A DNA stretch of 64,000 nt from Magnetococcales bacterium (GTDB lineage: Bacteria; Pseudomonadota; Magnetococcia; Magnetococcales; UBA8363): NCBI GenBank assembly GCA_015660855.1, contig JACSDG010000028.1, forward strand, positions 8,685 through 72,684, in the 5' to 3' direction. A model generated the notes under the pieces. That model ran no database searches, was not told where the DNA came from, and worked only from the letters and a program-made list of their open reading frames with translations. Of this stretch, positions 54,004 through 63,137 are shown piece after piece. Numbering within the stretch: position 1 is the stretch's first letter; the number at the start of each line of letters is the position of its first letter. Made by a program: the position numbers and the translations under genes.

Positions 54004-54081
54004 GCTCCATTACACGCTTCCGGGCACGGTGGGCAACGACGGCACCCCGCCGTTGTTGCCCGCCAGGAAAGAACCTGTCCC

Positions 54082-54330
54082 CTAAACCATGATCCGATCC
54101 ACCGGAGCAAACCTTTCGTATTCCACTTCCCGACGGCTGTTCCTTGAGCTGGGCTGCTGCGCCAGATGCCGACGCTGATGCCAAGCGTGCTCCGATGCGA
54201 CATCCAGGACAACCACTCCAAGCATGGGGTCAAGCTGATCCAGGCGAGTGAGAAGATCATGCAACTGCGGTTTCTCCACCAGCAGACCGCGAATAACCCG
54301 ACCATCAAACAATTCTACAACGTACCGCAT
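54082..54330 (-). CDS. Hypothetical 82-aa protein
   Basis: ATG preceded by GAGGAGA at 6 nt. No motif recognised. Confidence 0.45.
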   Translation of the reverse strand: MRYVVELFDGRVIRGLLVEKPQLHDLLTRLDQLDPMLGVVVLDVASEHAWHQRRHLAQQPSSRNSRREVEYERFAPVDRIMV

Positions 54331-54364
54331 TGAAGTCTCCTCTCGTTTTTTTATCCGAACGCCA

Positions 54365-54485
54365 TGCCCTGGTGCACTGCCCCAAACCTAAGCCGGGGGA
54401 AATGCTCCCCCCCGAACCCCCGCAAAAATTTTTGCCAAACTTTGTTTTTCCGACACCTGAACCTTGGGGGCTTTGCCCCTAAACC
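54365..54485 (+). repeat. NH-REP, degenerate full copy plus an extra H2 variant
   Basis: tgccctggtgca...ccgggggaaatgctccccccc...cgcaaaaatttttgccaaactttgtttttccga...ccttgggggctttgcccctaaacc. Confidence 0.8.
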
Positions 54486-54830
54486 ACCGCATCAAAAAAG
54501 ACGCAACGATCATGCCATTAATATTTCTGTCAGGCATAGTTAGTGAGACGGGAGGAAGGTTTGTTTAACATTTTGTTAATCAATATTTTTTCATTATTCA
54601 TACCCAGAGGAAAAACTACCACCCTCCCCCACAATCCACCCCATGCCAGGGGAAACTGAAAGATTGGGAAACTTTTGACACGGTTTCAGGATCTTTTGAC
54701 GGCGGACACATGGAAGTTTCGGGCTAATGATTTTGCTCAACAGGGAATGGATTGAATGACAAATCATAGGCCATGTTTTATTATTGGATCTTGGGAAGGA
54801 ACATGGGAGGAATCGACCTGGAGATGGGTC

Positions 54831-55811
54831 ATGAAAACGGTGGTCTGTGAGCTGTGTCCGCGCTATTGCGCCATACCCGATGGCGGGGCTGGCGACTGCC
54901 GCATTCGTGTCAACCTGGGCGGTCGTCTGATTGCCACCACCTTCGGACGCCCCTCCAGCGTCCACATCGATCCCATGGAAAAAAAACCGCTGTATCATTT
55001 TTTCCCCGGTACCCCCATTTTTTCCCTGGCCACCGCCGGCTGTAATCTGCACTGCCTCAATTGCCAAAATTGGCAACTTTCCCAACGTGGCGGTGAAGAA
55101 ATGGACGAAATCTATGACGCCCCCCCGGAAAAAATTATCGCCACCGCCCAGGCCGAATCCTGCCAAAGTATCGCCTACACCTACTCCGAGCCTATCGTCT
55201 ATTATGAATACGTTAACGCCACGGCACACTTGGCCCATGCAGCCGGCTTGAAAAATTGCCTGATCAGCGCCGGTTACATCAATGAACCGCCACTGCGCCA
55301 ACTCTGCCGCGTGCTGGACGCCGCCAACATAGACATCAAAGCGTTCACCGAAGATTTTTATCGCCGCATCTGCTCCGCCACCCTGGCTCCCGTGCTGCGA
55401 GGACTGGTCGTCATGCGCGAAGAGGGCGTCTGGGTAGAAATCACCTTTCTGGTCATTCCAGGCGAAAACGACGATCCGTTACAGGTTCGGGCCATGGCCC
55501 GATGGATCCACGATGAATTGGGGGCCGACACCCCTTTGCACCTGAGCCGTTTTCATCCACACTATCGCATGCGAAATCTGCCTCCCACGCCAGTCGAAAC
55601 CCTGCTGCGCTGTCGGCAAATGGCCCTGGAGGCAGGACTTCGCTTTGTCTACGTCGGCAATGTCGTGGGTAACCAGGGCGAATCGACCTATTGTCCCAAC
55701 GATGGCACCTTGTTGATCGAACGATTTGGTTTCATGATCAAGAAAAATCGGCTGCTGGACGGCGGTCGCTGTCCCGTATGCCGTAAAACCTTGGCGGGAG
55801 TCTGGACATGA
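54831..55811 (+). CDS. AmmeMemoRadiSam system radical SAM enzyme
   Basis: N-terminus CELCPRYCAIPDGGAGDCRIR...HIDPMEKKPLYHF.PG; the radical SAM cluster CNLHCLNCQNW; and a C-terminal CPVC. ATG 54831 is preceded by GGAGA. Confidence 0.88.
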   Translation: MKTVVCELCPRYCAIPDGGAGDCRIRVNLGGRLIATTFGRPSSVHIDPMEKKPLYHFFPGTPIFSLATAGCNLHCLNCQNWQLSQRGGEEMDEIYDAPPEKIIATAQAESCQSIAYTYSEPIVYYEYVNATAHLAHAAGLKNCLISAGYINEPPLRQLCRVLDAANIDIKAFTEDFYRRICSATLAPVLRGLVVMREEGVWVEITFLVIPGENDDPLQVRAMARWIHDELGADTPLHLSRFHPHYRMRNLPPTPVETLLRCRQMALEAGLRFVYVGNVVGNQGESTYCPNDGTLLIERFGFMIKKNRLLDGGRCPVCRKTLAGVWT

Positions 55812-56014
55812 CAAGCGAAAAACCTCCCCAGGCGGCGACAAAGACAGAAAATACGGCCGAAGGGGAAAGCAAACACCGGGGGCGGCGCATATTCCTGGGG
55901 GGAATGGGGGTGACCGCCTGCGCCCTGCTTGCCCCATCGTTGGGCGAAACCGTCCCGATAGAACGCAAACTCCAGGAAGCCGATTTTTATCGACCACATG
56001 ACTTGGCCGGCTAG
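55808..56014 (+). CDS. Small protein with a twin-arginine (Tat) signal-like motif
   Basis: The ATG overlaps the rSAM stop (ATGA). HRGRRIFLGGMGVTACALLAP matches the S/T-R-R-x-F-L-K Tat pattern followed by an h-region. 68 aa. Confidence 0.45.
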   Translation: MTSEKPPQAATKTENTAEGESKHRGRRIFLGGMGVTACALLAPSLGETVPIERKLQEADFYRPHDLAG

Positions 56015-56027
56015 GGAGCTTAAAAAA

Positions 56028-57593
56028 ATGAACCTGAGAACTGTCAAACTTTTTATTATGGGGGTCGTTTTTATGGCACCAATTCTGTTTGGATCGACGC
56101 ACGCTGCGGAGCGTGTGGTACGTCCCCCGGCACTGGCAGGGACGTGGTACCCGGCGAACCCAACCGAACTGGCGGCGTTCGTCGAAAAATTACAGGCCCA
56201 GACCGACCCCGCCACCACGGTCCAAAAAACACCTCCCATACGGGCCATCCTCGTCCCCCACGCCGGTTATCGCTACAGCGGTGAGACCGCCATGACCGCC
56301 CTGAAATCATTGGCGGGTGCCCGTTTCCAACGGGTTGTCATCCTGGGGCCGACGCATCGGCAAAATTTTGTGGGTCTGGCATTGCCGCAGGTCACCCATT
56401 TTTCCACCCCCCTGGGGGAGCTGCCCCTGGATACCCAGGCCATGGCACAACTGGCCAACCATCCCATCATTCGTACCATCAACAGTGCCCATGAACAGGA
56501 ACACAGCATTGAAATTCAGCTCCCCCTGTTGCAGAAGGTTTTGGCCGATGGCTGGAAACTGCTGCCTTTGTTGGTGGGACAAATGGATGCCCAGGGATTT
56601 GCCCTGGCGGCGGCCACGTTGCGTCCCCTCCTCGATGAACAAACATTGCTCGTCATCTCCGGAGATTTTACCCACTACGGCCAAAATTTCAGCTACCAAC
56701 CCTTTCCCCTGGATACCACCACCGAAGGCAACCTGAAAAAGCTGGACCAGGGGGCAATAGACAAAATAATGGGGCGTGATCCCAAAGGGTTCATGGACTA
56801 TCGCCAAAAAACCGGCATTACCGCTTGCGCCTTTGGTCCAGTCACAATTCTGCTCAATCTTCTCGACGACCAGGTCGAACCCCGCCTGATACGATACCGT
56901 ACCAGTGGTGCCGACAATAGTGATTTTTCCCATTCGGTGAGCTATGTCGCCATGAGCTTTCATTCGCCGCACCCCCTCGCAAACATGGGAACAAAAACAG
57001 AACCTTTTTCCGAAGGCGAAATGAAACAATTACACACCCTGGCCGTGGCCACGGTGATCGGTGCCGTCCAGGGAAAATCGACGCCCCCCGCCAACCTGCA
57101 AGACCTGCGACAACACTTCAACAATCCTTCCGGTGCTTTCGTGACCCTCAAACGTTCAGGGGCATTACGCGGTTGCATCGGCCAACTTCAACCCATTCAA
57201 CCGCTCTACCAGGCCATCATGGAAAATGCCGTCAACGCCGCCCTCCGGGATCCCCGCTTTCAACCGGTCACCCCCAACGAACTTGGAAACATGGAACTGG
57301 AAGTCAGCGTGTTGAGTCCCATGCGTCCCATCCCTTCCTGGGAAGCGTTTGAACTCGGTCGGCACGGGATCGTCCTGAGCAAGAATGGCCGCCGTGCGGT
57401 ATTTCTCCCCGAAGTGGCGGTGGAACAAAAATGGAGCCGGGAAGAAACCCTGACCCATCTCGCCATGAAGGCAGGCCTCCCTGGTGACGCTTGGCGTCAG
57501 GGGGCTTCGTTTGAAATATTCACCTCCCAGACCCATACAGCACCACTGGCCCCCTCCCCCCCTTCCGGCGACACAGGTTCCCCTGGTTTATGA
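56028..57593 (+). CDS. Fusion of AmmeMemoRadiSam protein B (MEMO1-like) and protein A (AMMECR1 domain), with an N-terminal signal-like hydrophobic segment
   Basis: Memo motifs AGTWYP, LVPHAGYRYSG, EHSIEIQLPLL, ISGDFTHYG. AMMECR1 motifs GAFVTLKRSGALRGCIGQ, DPRF.PV, LEVSVLSP. The N-terminus is MNLRTVKLFIMGVVFMAPILFGSTHA/AE. ATG 56028 follows GGGAG. Confidence 0.85.
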   Translation: MNLRTVKLFIMGVVFMAPILFGSTHAAERVVRPPALAGTWYPANPTELAAFVEKLQAQTDPATTVQKTPPIRAILVPHAGYRYSGETAMTALKSLAGARFQRVVILGPTHRQNFVGLALPQVTHFSTPLGELPLDTQAMAQLANHPIIRTINSAHEQEHSIEIQLPLLQKVLADGWKLLPLLVGQMDAQGFALAAATLRPLLDEQTLLVISGDFTHYGQNFSYQPFPLDTTTEGNLKKLDQGAIDKIMGRDPKGFMDYRQKTGITACAFGPVTILLNLLDDQVEPRLIRYRTSGADNSDFSHSVSYVAMSFHSPHPLANMGTKTEPFSEGEMKQLHTLAVATVIGAVQGKSTPPANLQDLRQHFNNPSGAFVTLKRSGALRGCIGQLQPIQPLYQAIMENAVNAALRDPRFQPVTPNELGNMELEVSVLSPMRPIPSWEAFELGRHGIVLSKNGRRAVFLPEVAVEQKWSREETLTHLAMKAGLPGDAWRQGASFEIFTSQTHTAPLAPSPPSGDTGSPGL

Positions 57594-58891
57594 ACACCCT
57601 TTTTGCCGCCCTGGTTTTCATCTCCTTTCTGACCGCCGGCTACCGCCAATGGAGTTGGGTCGAAGGAAATGGCAAAGCCCCCATGGAACAATTGACCAGT
57701 GCCATGGTAGATACCGCCGCCTCTTCCGTAACCCTGGCTCTGGGTCTGGTCGGAGTGATGGCCCTGTTTCTGGGCTTGATGAAAGTAGCGGAAAAAGGCG
57801 GGGTGTTGCTTCTCCTTGCCCGCCTGATCCGCCCCTTGATGATCCGTTTGTTTCCCGAAGTCCCCCCCGATCATCCCGCCATGGGGGCCATGATCATGAA
57901 CATGTCGGCCAACGCCATGGGACTCGGCAACGCCGCCACCCCATTTGGCATCCGCGCCATGCACGAACTGGATCGCCTCAACCCCCACAAAGGGACCGCC
58001 ACCAACGCCATGGCCCTGTTTCTGGCCATCAACACCTCCTCAGTCACCTTGCTGCCCACCAGTGTCATCGCCCTGCGCGCCTCAGTAAACTCCAACGACC
58101 CCGCAGCGATCCTCCCCACCACGCTCTTCGCCACCTTCTGCTCCACCCTGGTCGCCATCCTCGCCGTCAAAGGTCTGCAACGCTTCTTTCCAGCCCATTC
58201 AACCTCCCATGGAGACACGCAAAACACCTCCCCAACCCCCAGCAACCTTTCCCAGGATCCTGAACCATGGGTTGACAACGGTAAAAACTATCCCGCTTGG
58301 GTGTCTCTGGTGACCCTGCTGGGATTCGTGGGAATGATCCCCCTGACCATCCTTTTTGGCCGATCCCTTTCCCCCTGGATCATCCCCGGTTTGATGGTAA
58401 CCCTCCTGGTATTTGGACTCCTGCGACGGGTGGCCATCTACGAAGCCTTCGTCGAGGGAGCGCGCGAAGGTTTTGATGTCGCCGTCCGCATCATCCCCTA
58501 CTTGGTCGCCATTCTGGTCGCCATCGGCATGTTTCGCGCCAGTCTGGCCATGGATTTTCTGGTGTCCCTGATCGCCCCATGGACAACCCCCTGGGGACTC
58601 CCAGCCGAAGCCCTGCCCATGGCCTTCCTGAGACCCCTTTCCGGCTCTGGCTCCTATGGCCTCATGGCCTCGCTGCTGCAAGATCCCGCCATCGGCCCCG
58701 ACAGCTACACCGGCATGCTGGTTTCCACCATCCAGGGATCCTCCGAAACCACCTTCTACGTCCTCGCCGTCTACTTCGGAGCCGTCGGAGTCAACAAAAT
58801 GCGGCATACCCTGGCAGCAGCCCTTTTGTCCGATGTCGTCGCCATCATGGCATCGGTGGCCATTTGCACTTGGCTTTTCCCACAAGGATAG
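57590..58891 (+). CDS. Nucleoside-recognition-domain membrane protein (SpmA/SpmB-like fusion)
   Basis: The ATG overlaps the upstream stop (ATGA). Motifs GLMKVAEKGG, MNMSANAMGLGNAATPFG, AINTSSVTLLP and a second half GSSETTFYVLAVYFG are typical of SpmA/SpmB-type proteins. Confidence 0.78.
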   Translation: MNTLFAALVFISFLTAGYRQWSWVEGNGKAPMEQLTSAMVDTAASSVTLALGLVGVMALFLGLMKVAEKGGVLLLLARLIRPLMIRLFPEVPPDHPAMGAMIMNMSANAMGLGNAATPFGIRAMHELDRLNPHKGTATNAMALFLAINTSSVTLLPTSVIALRASVNSNDPAAILPTTLFATFCSTLVAILAVKGLQRFFPAHSTSHGDTQNTSPTPSNLSQDPEPWVDNGKNYPAWVSLVTLLGFVGMIPLTILFGRSLSPWIIPGLMVTLLVFGLLRRVAIYEAFVEGAREGFDVAVRIIPYLVAILVAIGMFRASLAMDFLVSLIAPWTTPWGLPAEALPMAFLRPLSGSGSYGLMASLLQDPAIGPDSYTGMLVSTIQGSSETTFYVLAVYFGAVGVNKMRHTLAAALLSDVVAIMASVAICTWLFPQG

Positions 58892-58898
58892 GGAAAAC

Positions 58899-59513
58899 AT
58901 GGAATTTCCCTCCCCATCTGCAGAAGCCCTGGCCCTTGAAAACACTTGGCTGGCCCAAGCGCAACCTCCTCCACGGGCGGCTAAAATGGACCTGACAACC
59001 CAAATCGCCGTCTCCTTGCGTCTCCTCTCCGAAGACCTTGATGACCCTTTGCTGCACCTGCCATGGTTTGCGTGGAGGAAACGTCGATTGTTCATGCGCT
59101 ATCGCGTCGCCATCAACGCCCTGCTGTGGTATTGGGCCCTCAGAGAAGTGGCCGCCGACCGCGCCCACACCCTGTTGCAGCTGGTGGCACCTCTCTACAC
59201 CGCAACCCGTTCCAAAAAATCGCTCCCATGGCGACAAATTATGTCGGACCTTGATTTTTTTCTTACCATCCTGGACAATTATCGTGAGGAAGGCTTTTTG
59301 AGTGTCGCGCAACATGTCGTCTGGCGCGTCCATGGCGATTTTACCAGAGACCACCATCTCCTTGAAAACGCCGTATCTCTGGCATTTTATATGGATAAAA
59401 TCTTCGATGAATTCCGATTCCGGGTTTATCAATGGGCAGGTCGTGAACCTCCGGCAAGCATGGACCGCCTCACCGGACTGCTTGATGACGATGCGTTTTC
59501 GGGAAACTTTTAG
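58899..59513 (+). CDS. Hypothetical 204-aa protein
   Basis: ATG 58899 lies 8 nt after the upstream stop, preceded by AAGGATAGGG. The upstream part of the track ORF (from 58656) overlaps the membrane-protein gene. No motif recognised. Confidence 0.5.
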   Translation: MEFPSPSAEALALENTWLAQAQPPPRAAKMDLTTQIAVSLRLLSEDLDDPLLHLPWFAWRKRRLFMRYRVAINALLWYWALREVAADRAHTLLQLVAPLYTATRSKKSLPWRQIMSDLDFFLTILDNYREEGFLSVAQHVVWRVHGDFTRDHHLLENAVSLAFYMDKIFDEFRFRVYQWAGREPPASMDRLTGLLDDDAFSGNF

Positions 59514-59534
59514 TCGCTACGCTCTTCCTGAATA

Positions 59535-59559
59535 AAAACGTGAAAAAAAAACACGTTTT
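59535..59559 (+). terminator. Weak AT-rich hairpin after the 58899 gene
   Basis: AAAACGTG-(A)9-CACGTTTT. The T-run is part of the stem. Confidence 0.3.
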
Positions 59560-59654
59560 GGACAAGGTTTTGAGGATGGACAGGGAAAAGGAAATGTCAA
59601 TAATTTGGTATTGTGTCCCTGGAATTCCCTGGTTGAACACCTTCCAAGTTGCTA

Positions 59655-59743
59655 GAGCCCACTTCTCCTTGACGAAACCTCTTCAGCAGGTCACGTACCA
59701 TATCTGGATGGCTAAAAAGCAATTTGTAGCCTGAGTCATGATC
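59655..59743 (-). pseudogene. Remnant of the N-terminus of a YhgA/Rpn-family nuclease gene
   Basis: The minus strand reads DHDSGYKLLFSHPDMVRDLLKRF, then after a frame change VKEKWA. This is the canonical Rpn/YhgA start (HD.SYK.LFSHP.MV.DLL.GFV.EEW). There is no ATG, and the frame is lost after about 25 codons. Confidence 0.5.
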
Positions 59744-59925
59744 CAAGCAAGGAGAAACTCCGTTCTGAAAGGCTACCTGAATTTCTTAAGGAAATTTCCA
59801 AAAGGTGCCGCTAATCCAGGATTGTTCCGGATTTCACCTTTCCAGTCCACAGAAATTTATCAAGTTTGGCCCCAACTTCATCCAAAATCTGGCCGGATGA
59901 ACCAATCGGAAGGGACAGGGGGGGC

Positions 59926-60936
59926 ATGCCCTGGAATTTTGCGGCAGAGGAGTTAAATTTCATGTTGGAAGTGGCACGACGGACGCTCCATCTGGAGTCC
60001 CAGGCGATACAGGCCATGGCGGACCGGTTGGATGGTCGCTTTGAGGTAGCGGTGGATCTTCTCCTTGCTTGCCGTGGCCGGGTGGTGGTGACCGGAATGG
60101 GCAAGTCGGGACTCATAGGCCAAAAAATCGCCGCCACCTTGTCAAGTACGGGGACTCCAGCCCTTTTTTTACATCCAGCCGAGGGGAGTCATGGCGATCT
60201 GGGGATGTTGACCCGCCAGGATTGCGCCATCGCACTCTCCAACAGCGGCGAAACCGCCGAAGTCGTCGCCATCATGCCGGTAGTCAAACGTTTGGGTATC
60301 CCTTTGATCGGGTTGCTGGGACGGATCAATTCCACCCTGGCCAAAATGAGTGACGTGGTTCTGGATGTGTCGGTGGCGCGTGAAGCCTGTCCTTTGGGTT
60401 TGGCCCCCACCAGTTCCACGACAGCGGCATTGGCTATGGGCGATGCCTTGGCGGTCTCCCTGCTCGAAAAACGCGGGTTTAACGCCGATCAGTTTGCCTT
60501 GTTTCATCCGGGTGGCAGTTTGGGTAAAAAATTGTTGTTGAAGGTGGCGGACTTGATGCATACTGGGTCGCAGATTCCCCTGGTTCCAGAGCACGAAAGC
60601 GGTCGAGAAGCCATTCTGGAAATGACGGCCAAACGATTTGGCATGACCGGCGTTGTCAACCGGGCGGGGGCGTTGGTGGGTATTATCACCGACGGCGATT
60701 TGCGCCGTCATCTTGAACGGGGCAGCTCTCTGTTGACGCAAAAGGCGGGTGAATTGATGACCGCCAATCCAAAAACTATTGCCCCCGAGGCACTGGCTGC
60801 GGAAGCTTTGCATCGAATGGAGGAAAAAAAAATCACCACCCTTTTCGTTTGCTCCGAATCGGGGGACAATGACAACCTGGGAGCCGTAGTTGGGGTGATT
60901 CATCTGCATGATCTGCTGCAGGCGGGGCTGATGTGA
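59926..60936 (+). CDS. kdsD: Arabinose-5-phosphate isomerase (KdsD/KpsF; SIS + tandem CBS)
   Basis: VVVTGMGKSG.IG.KIAATL.STGTP..F.HP.E..HGDLG; SNSGET.E; and CBS pairs at the C-terminus. Confidence 0.9.
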   Translation: MPWNFAAEELNFMLEVARRTLHLESQAIQAMADRLDGRFEVAVDLLLACRGRVVVTGMGKSGLIGQKIAATLSSTGTPALFLHPAEGSHGDLGMLTRQDCAIALSNSGETAEVVAIMPVVKRLGIPLIGLLGRINSTLAKMSDVVLDVSVAREACPLGLAPTSSTTAALAMGDALAVSLLEKRGFNADQFALFHPGGSLGKKLLLKVADLMHTGSQIPLVPEHESGREAILEMTAKRFGMTGVVNRAGALVGIITDGDLRRHLERGSSLLTQKAGELMTANPKTIAPEALAAEALHRMEEKKITTLFVCSESGDNDNLGAVVGVIHLHDLLQAGLM

Positions 60937-60957
60937 TTTCTCCCTGGCACCTGGGGC

Positions 60958-61310
60958 ATGCTACGCATGCTGGCACTGGACGTGGATGGCGTGCTGACGG
61001 ATGGTGTCATTCATCTAGATGCCGAAGGCCATGAACACAAAAGACTCCATGTGACCGATGGGTTGGGAATCCGGTTACTGCTGGAGGCGGGATTGCGGGT
61101 GGGTTTGATCTCGGCTCGGCGTTCGGTGGCCAAGCGGGCGAAAGAATTGTCTCTGCCTTTTGCTCACATGGCGGTGCGCGGGGAGAAATGGCAATGTTTG
61201 CAGGGGGAATTATTGCTCAAGGGGGGGGGGGGGGCACCCAGACCGGTGCGCCCGTATGCGCGATGACCTGATCGATCTGGAAATGCTGTACCGGGTAGGA
61301 CTGGCGACGG
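60958..61310 (+). pseudogene. kdsC: KDO 8-phosphate phosphatase KdsC interrupted by a frameshift at a G14 tract
   Basis: HAD motif I LALDVDGVLTDG and GLISAR are in frame 1, which stops at 61266. The expected downstream motif (HPDRCARMRDDLIDLEMLYRVGLATAP, i.e. GDD..D) continues in the +1 frame right after the G14 run at 61221..61234. Thirteen Gs would join the two frames. The 3-prime end beyond about 61310 cannot be followed with confidence. Confidence 0.7.
61221..61234 (+). repeat. Homopolymeric G14 tract
   Basis: Counted directly: ctcaa-G14-caccca. Confidence 0.95.
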
Positions 61311-61765
61311 CCCCCAGAGGTGCCCGTCCGGTGGGGTCGAGTAGACCGGTTCCTTCGGTATGCCACAGGTCGAGGTTTATTTTCTCTGTTCCTGCCTGGT
61401 TTCCCGGCAGTGCCACATTATTTCGACCATGCATCCGTTGTCCCCGACCCCTCCCAGAACCGTGCTTGCGCCATTTACGCACACAGCTCCCCATTTGTGC
61501 CGTTTCACGTTGACTCAGAACAAATTGACCCGAATACACGGTATCGGAAGCGGAAACAACTCGAAAATATGATTGAATTTATTCCAATCGATACTGCCCC
61601 GCTTGCCCCATCGGTCCAACCATTTGCACAACAGTTTACATACCTCATTGTTCACGTATCGGAAAAACCGTAACAAAAAGCTGCTTTATGCTTAAAACCC
61701 CACCCCCCTGACCTTGCGCGCAAGCGAAAGGCCAGGGGCAAAAAACTATTAAAAGGCAGCGAAAA

Positions 61766-63088
61766 TCAATAGCGATAGTGTTCCGGCTTGAACGGACCTT
61801 GAACCGGAACGCCAATGTAATCGGCCTGTTTTGCGGTCAGTTGCGTCAACTTGACCCCCAGCTTGCCAAGATGCAACCGGGCCACCTTTTCATCCAAAGC
61901 TTTGGGCAGGACGTACACGCCCACAGGATATTTCCCTGGATTATTCCACAACTCCAACTGCGCCATCACCTGGTTGGTAAAAGAATTCGACATCACAAAG
62001 CTGGGATGACCCGTGGCACAGCCCAGATTGACCAAACGACCTTCCGCCAAAATAATCAACCGCTTGCCATCGGGAAAAATCACATGATCCACCTGGGGCT
62101 TGATGTTATCCCAAGTCAAATCCCGAATGCCGGCAATGTCGATCTCCGAATCAAAATGGCCAATGTTGCAAACAATGGATTGATCCTTCATCGCATCCAT
62201 GTGGGCACGGGTGATGACATTGATATTGCCCGTGGCAGTGACAAAAATATTCCCCAACGCCGCCGCGTCATCCATCGTCACCACACGATATCCCTCCATG
62301 GCCGCTTGCAGGGCACAAATGGGATCGATCTCGGTAATCCATACCGTCGCCCCCAACCCCCGGAACGATTGGGCGCAACCCTTGCCCACATCCCCATAGC
62401 CGCAAACTACCGCAATCTTGCCGGCAATCATCACATCGGTGGCCCGTTTAATCCCATCCACCAACGATTCCCGACAGCCATAAAGATTGTCAAACTTGGA
62501 TTTGGTCACCGAATCGTTGACGTTGAAAGCGGGCACTTTCAGCAATCCTTTGGCCGCCATCTCGTTCAAACGATGAACCCCGGTCGTCGTCTCCTCGGAA
62601 ATACCACGCACCTGTGCAATCAATTCCGCATACTCAGGGCGGTGCATCACCACCGTCAGGTCGCCACCATCATCCAAAATCATGTTGGGGGTCCACCCAT
62701 TGGGGCCACGAATGGTCTGCTCGATACACCACCAAAACTCCTCCTCCGTCTCCCCCTTCCAGGCAAACACCGGAATCCCCGCCTGCGCCATGGCCGCCGC
62801 CGCCTGATCCTGGGTCGAAAAAATATTGCACGACGACCACCGCACCTCCGCCCCCAAGGCTACCAGGGTTTCCATCAACACCGCCGTCTGAATGGTCATG
62901 TGCAGGCAACCCGCAATGCGCGCGCCCGCCAAAGGTTTCTTGCCCGCATACTCCTCACGCAAGGCCATCAAACCCGGCATCTCCGTTTCGGCAATGGTCA
63001 CTTCCTTGCGCCCCCACCCCGCCAAGGACATGTCGGCAACCTTGTAATCGTGAGTGGAAACAACGTGCGTTCGGGTTTGGGCTGTCAT
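61766..63088 (-). CDS. ahcY: S-adenosyl-L-homocysteine hydrolase
   Basis: [15 protein letters not shown]...AE.EMPGLM; GYGDVGKG; C-terminal KPEHYRY. Confidence 0.95.
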   Translation of the reverse strand: MTAQTRTHVVSTHDYKVADMSLAGWGRKEVTIAETEMPGLMALREEYAGKKPLAGARIAGCLHMTIQTAVLMETLVALGAEVRWSSCNIFSTQDQAAAAMAQAGIPVFAWKGETEEEFWWCIEQTIRGPNGWTPNMILDDGGDLTVVMHRPEYAELIAQVRGISEETTTGVHRLNEMAAKGLLKVPAFNVNDSVTKSKFDNLYGCRESLVDGIKRATDVMIAGKIAVVCGYGDVGKGCAQSFRGLGATVWITEIDPICALQAAMEGYRVVTMDDAAALGNIFVTATGNINVITRAHMDAMKDQSIVCNIGHFDSEIDIAGIRDLTWDNIKPQVDHVIFPDGKRLIILAEGRLVNLGCATGHPSFVMSNSFTNQVMAQLELWNNPGKYPVGVYVLPKALDEKVARLHLGKLGVKLTQLTAKQADYIGVPVQGPFKPEHYRY

Positions 63089-63137
63089 GAATGTCCTCTT
63101 TTTCTGGCCTGGTTTTTTGATTTAAACGTGCTCACGA

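Noticed and set aside
61705-61738. CCCCTGACC...GGCCAGGGG hairpin downstream of ahcY as a terminator
   Set aside because: The stem is imperfect and no U-tract is directly adjacent on either strand. It is possibly a distant NH-REP relative, and the evidence is insufficient.
63089-63137. SAH riboswitch upstream of ahcY
   Set aside because: Only 49 nt separate the metK stop from the ahcY start, which is too short for the ~80-nt SAH element. The space is occupied by an SD (AAGAGGA), so ahcY is probably co-transcribed with metK.
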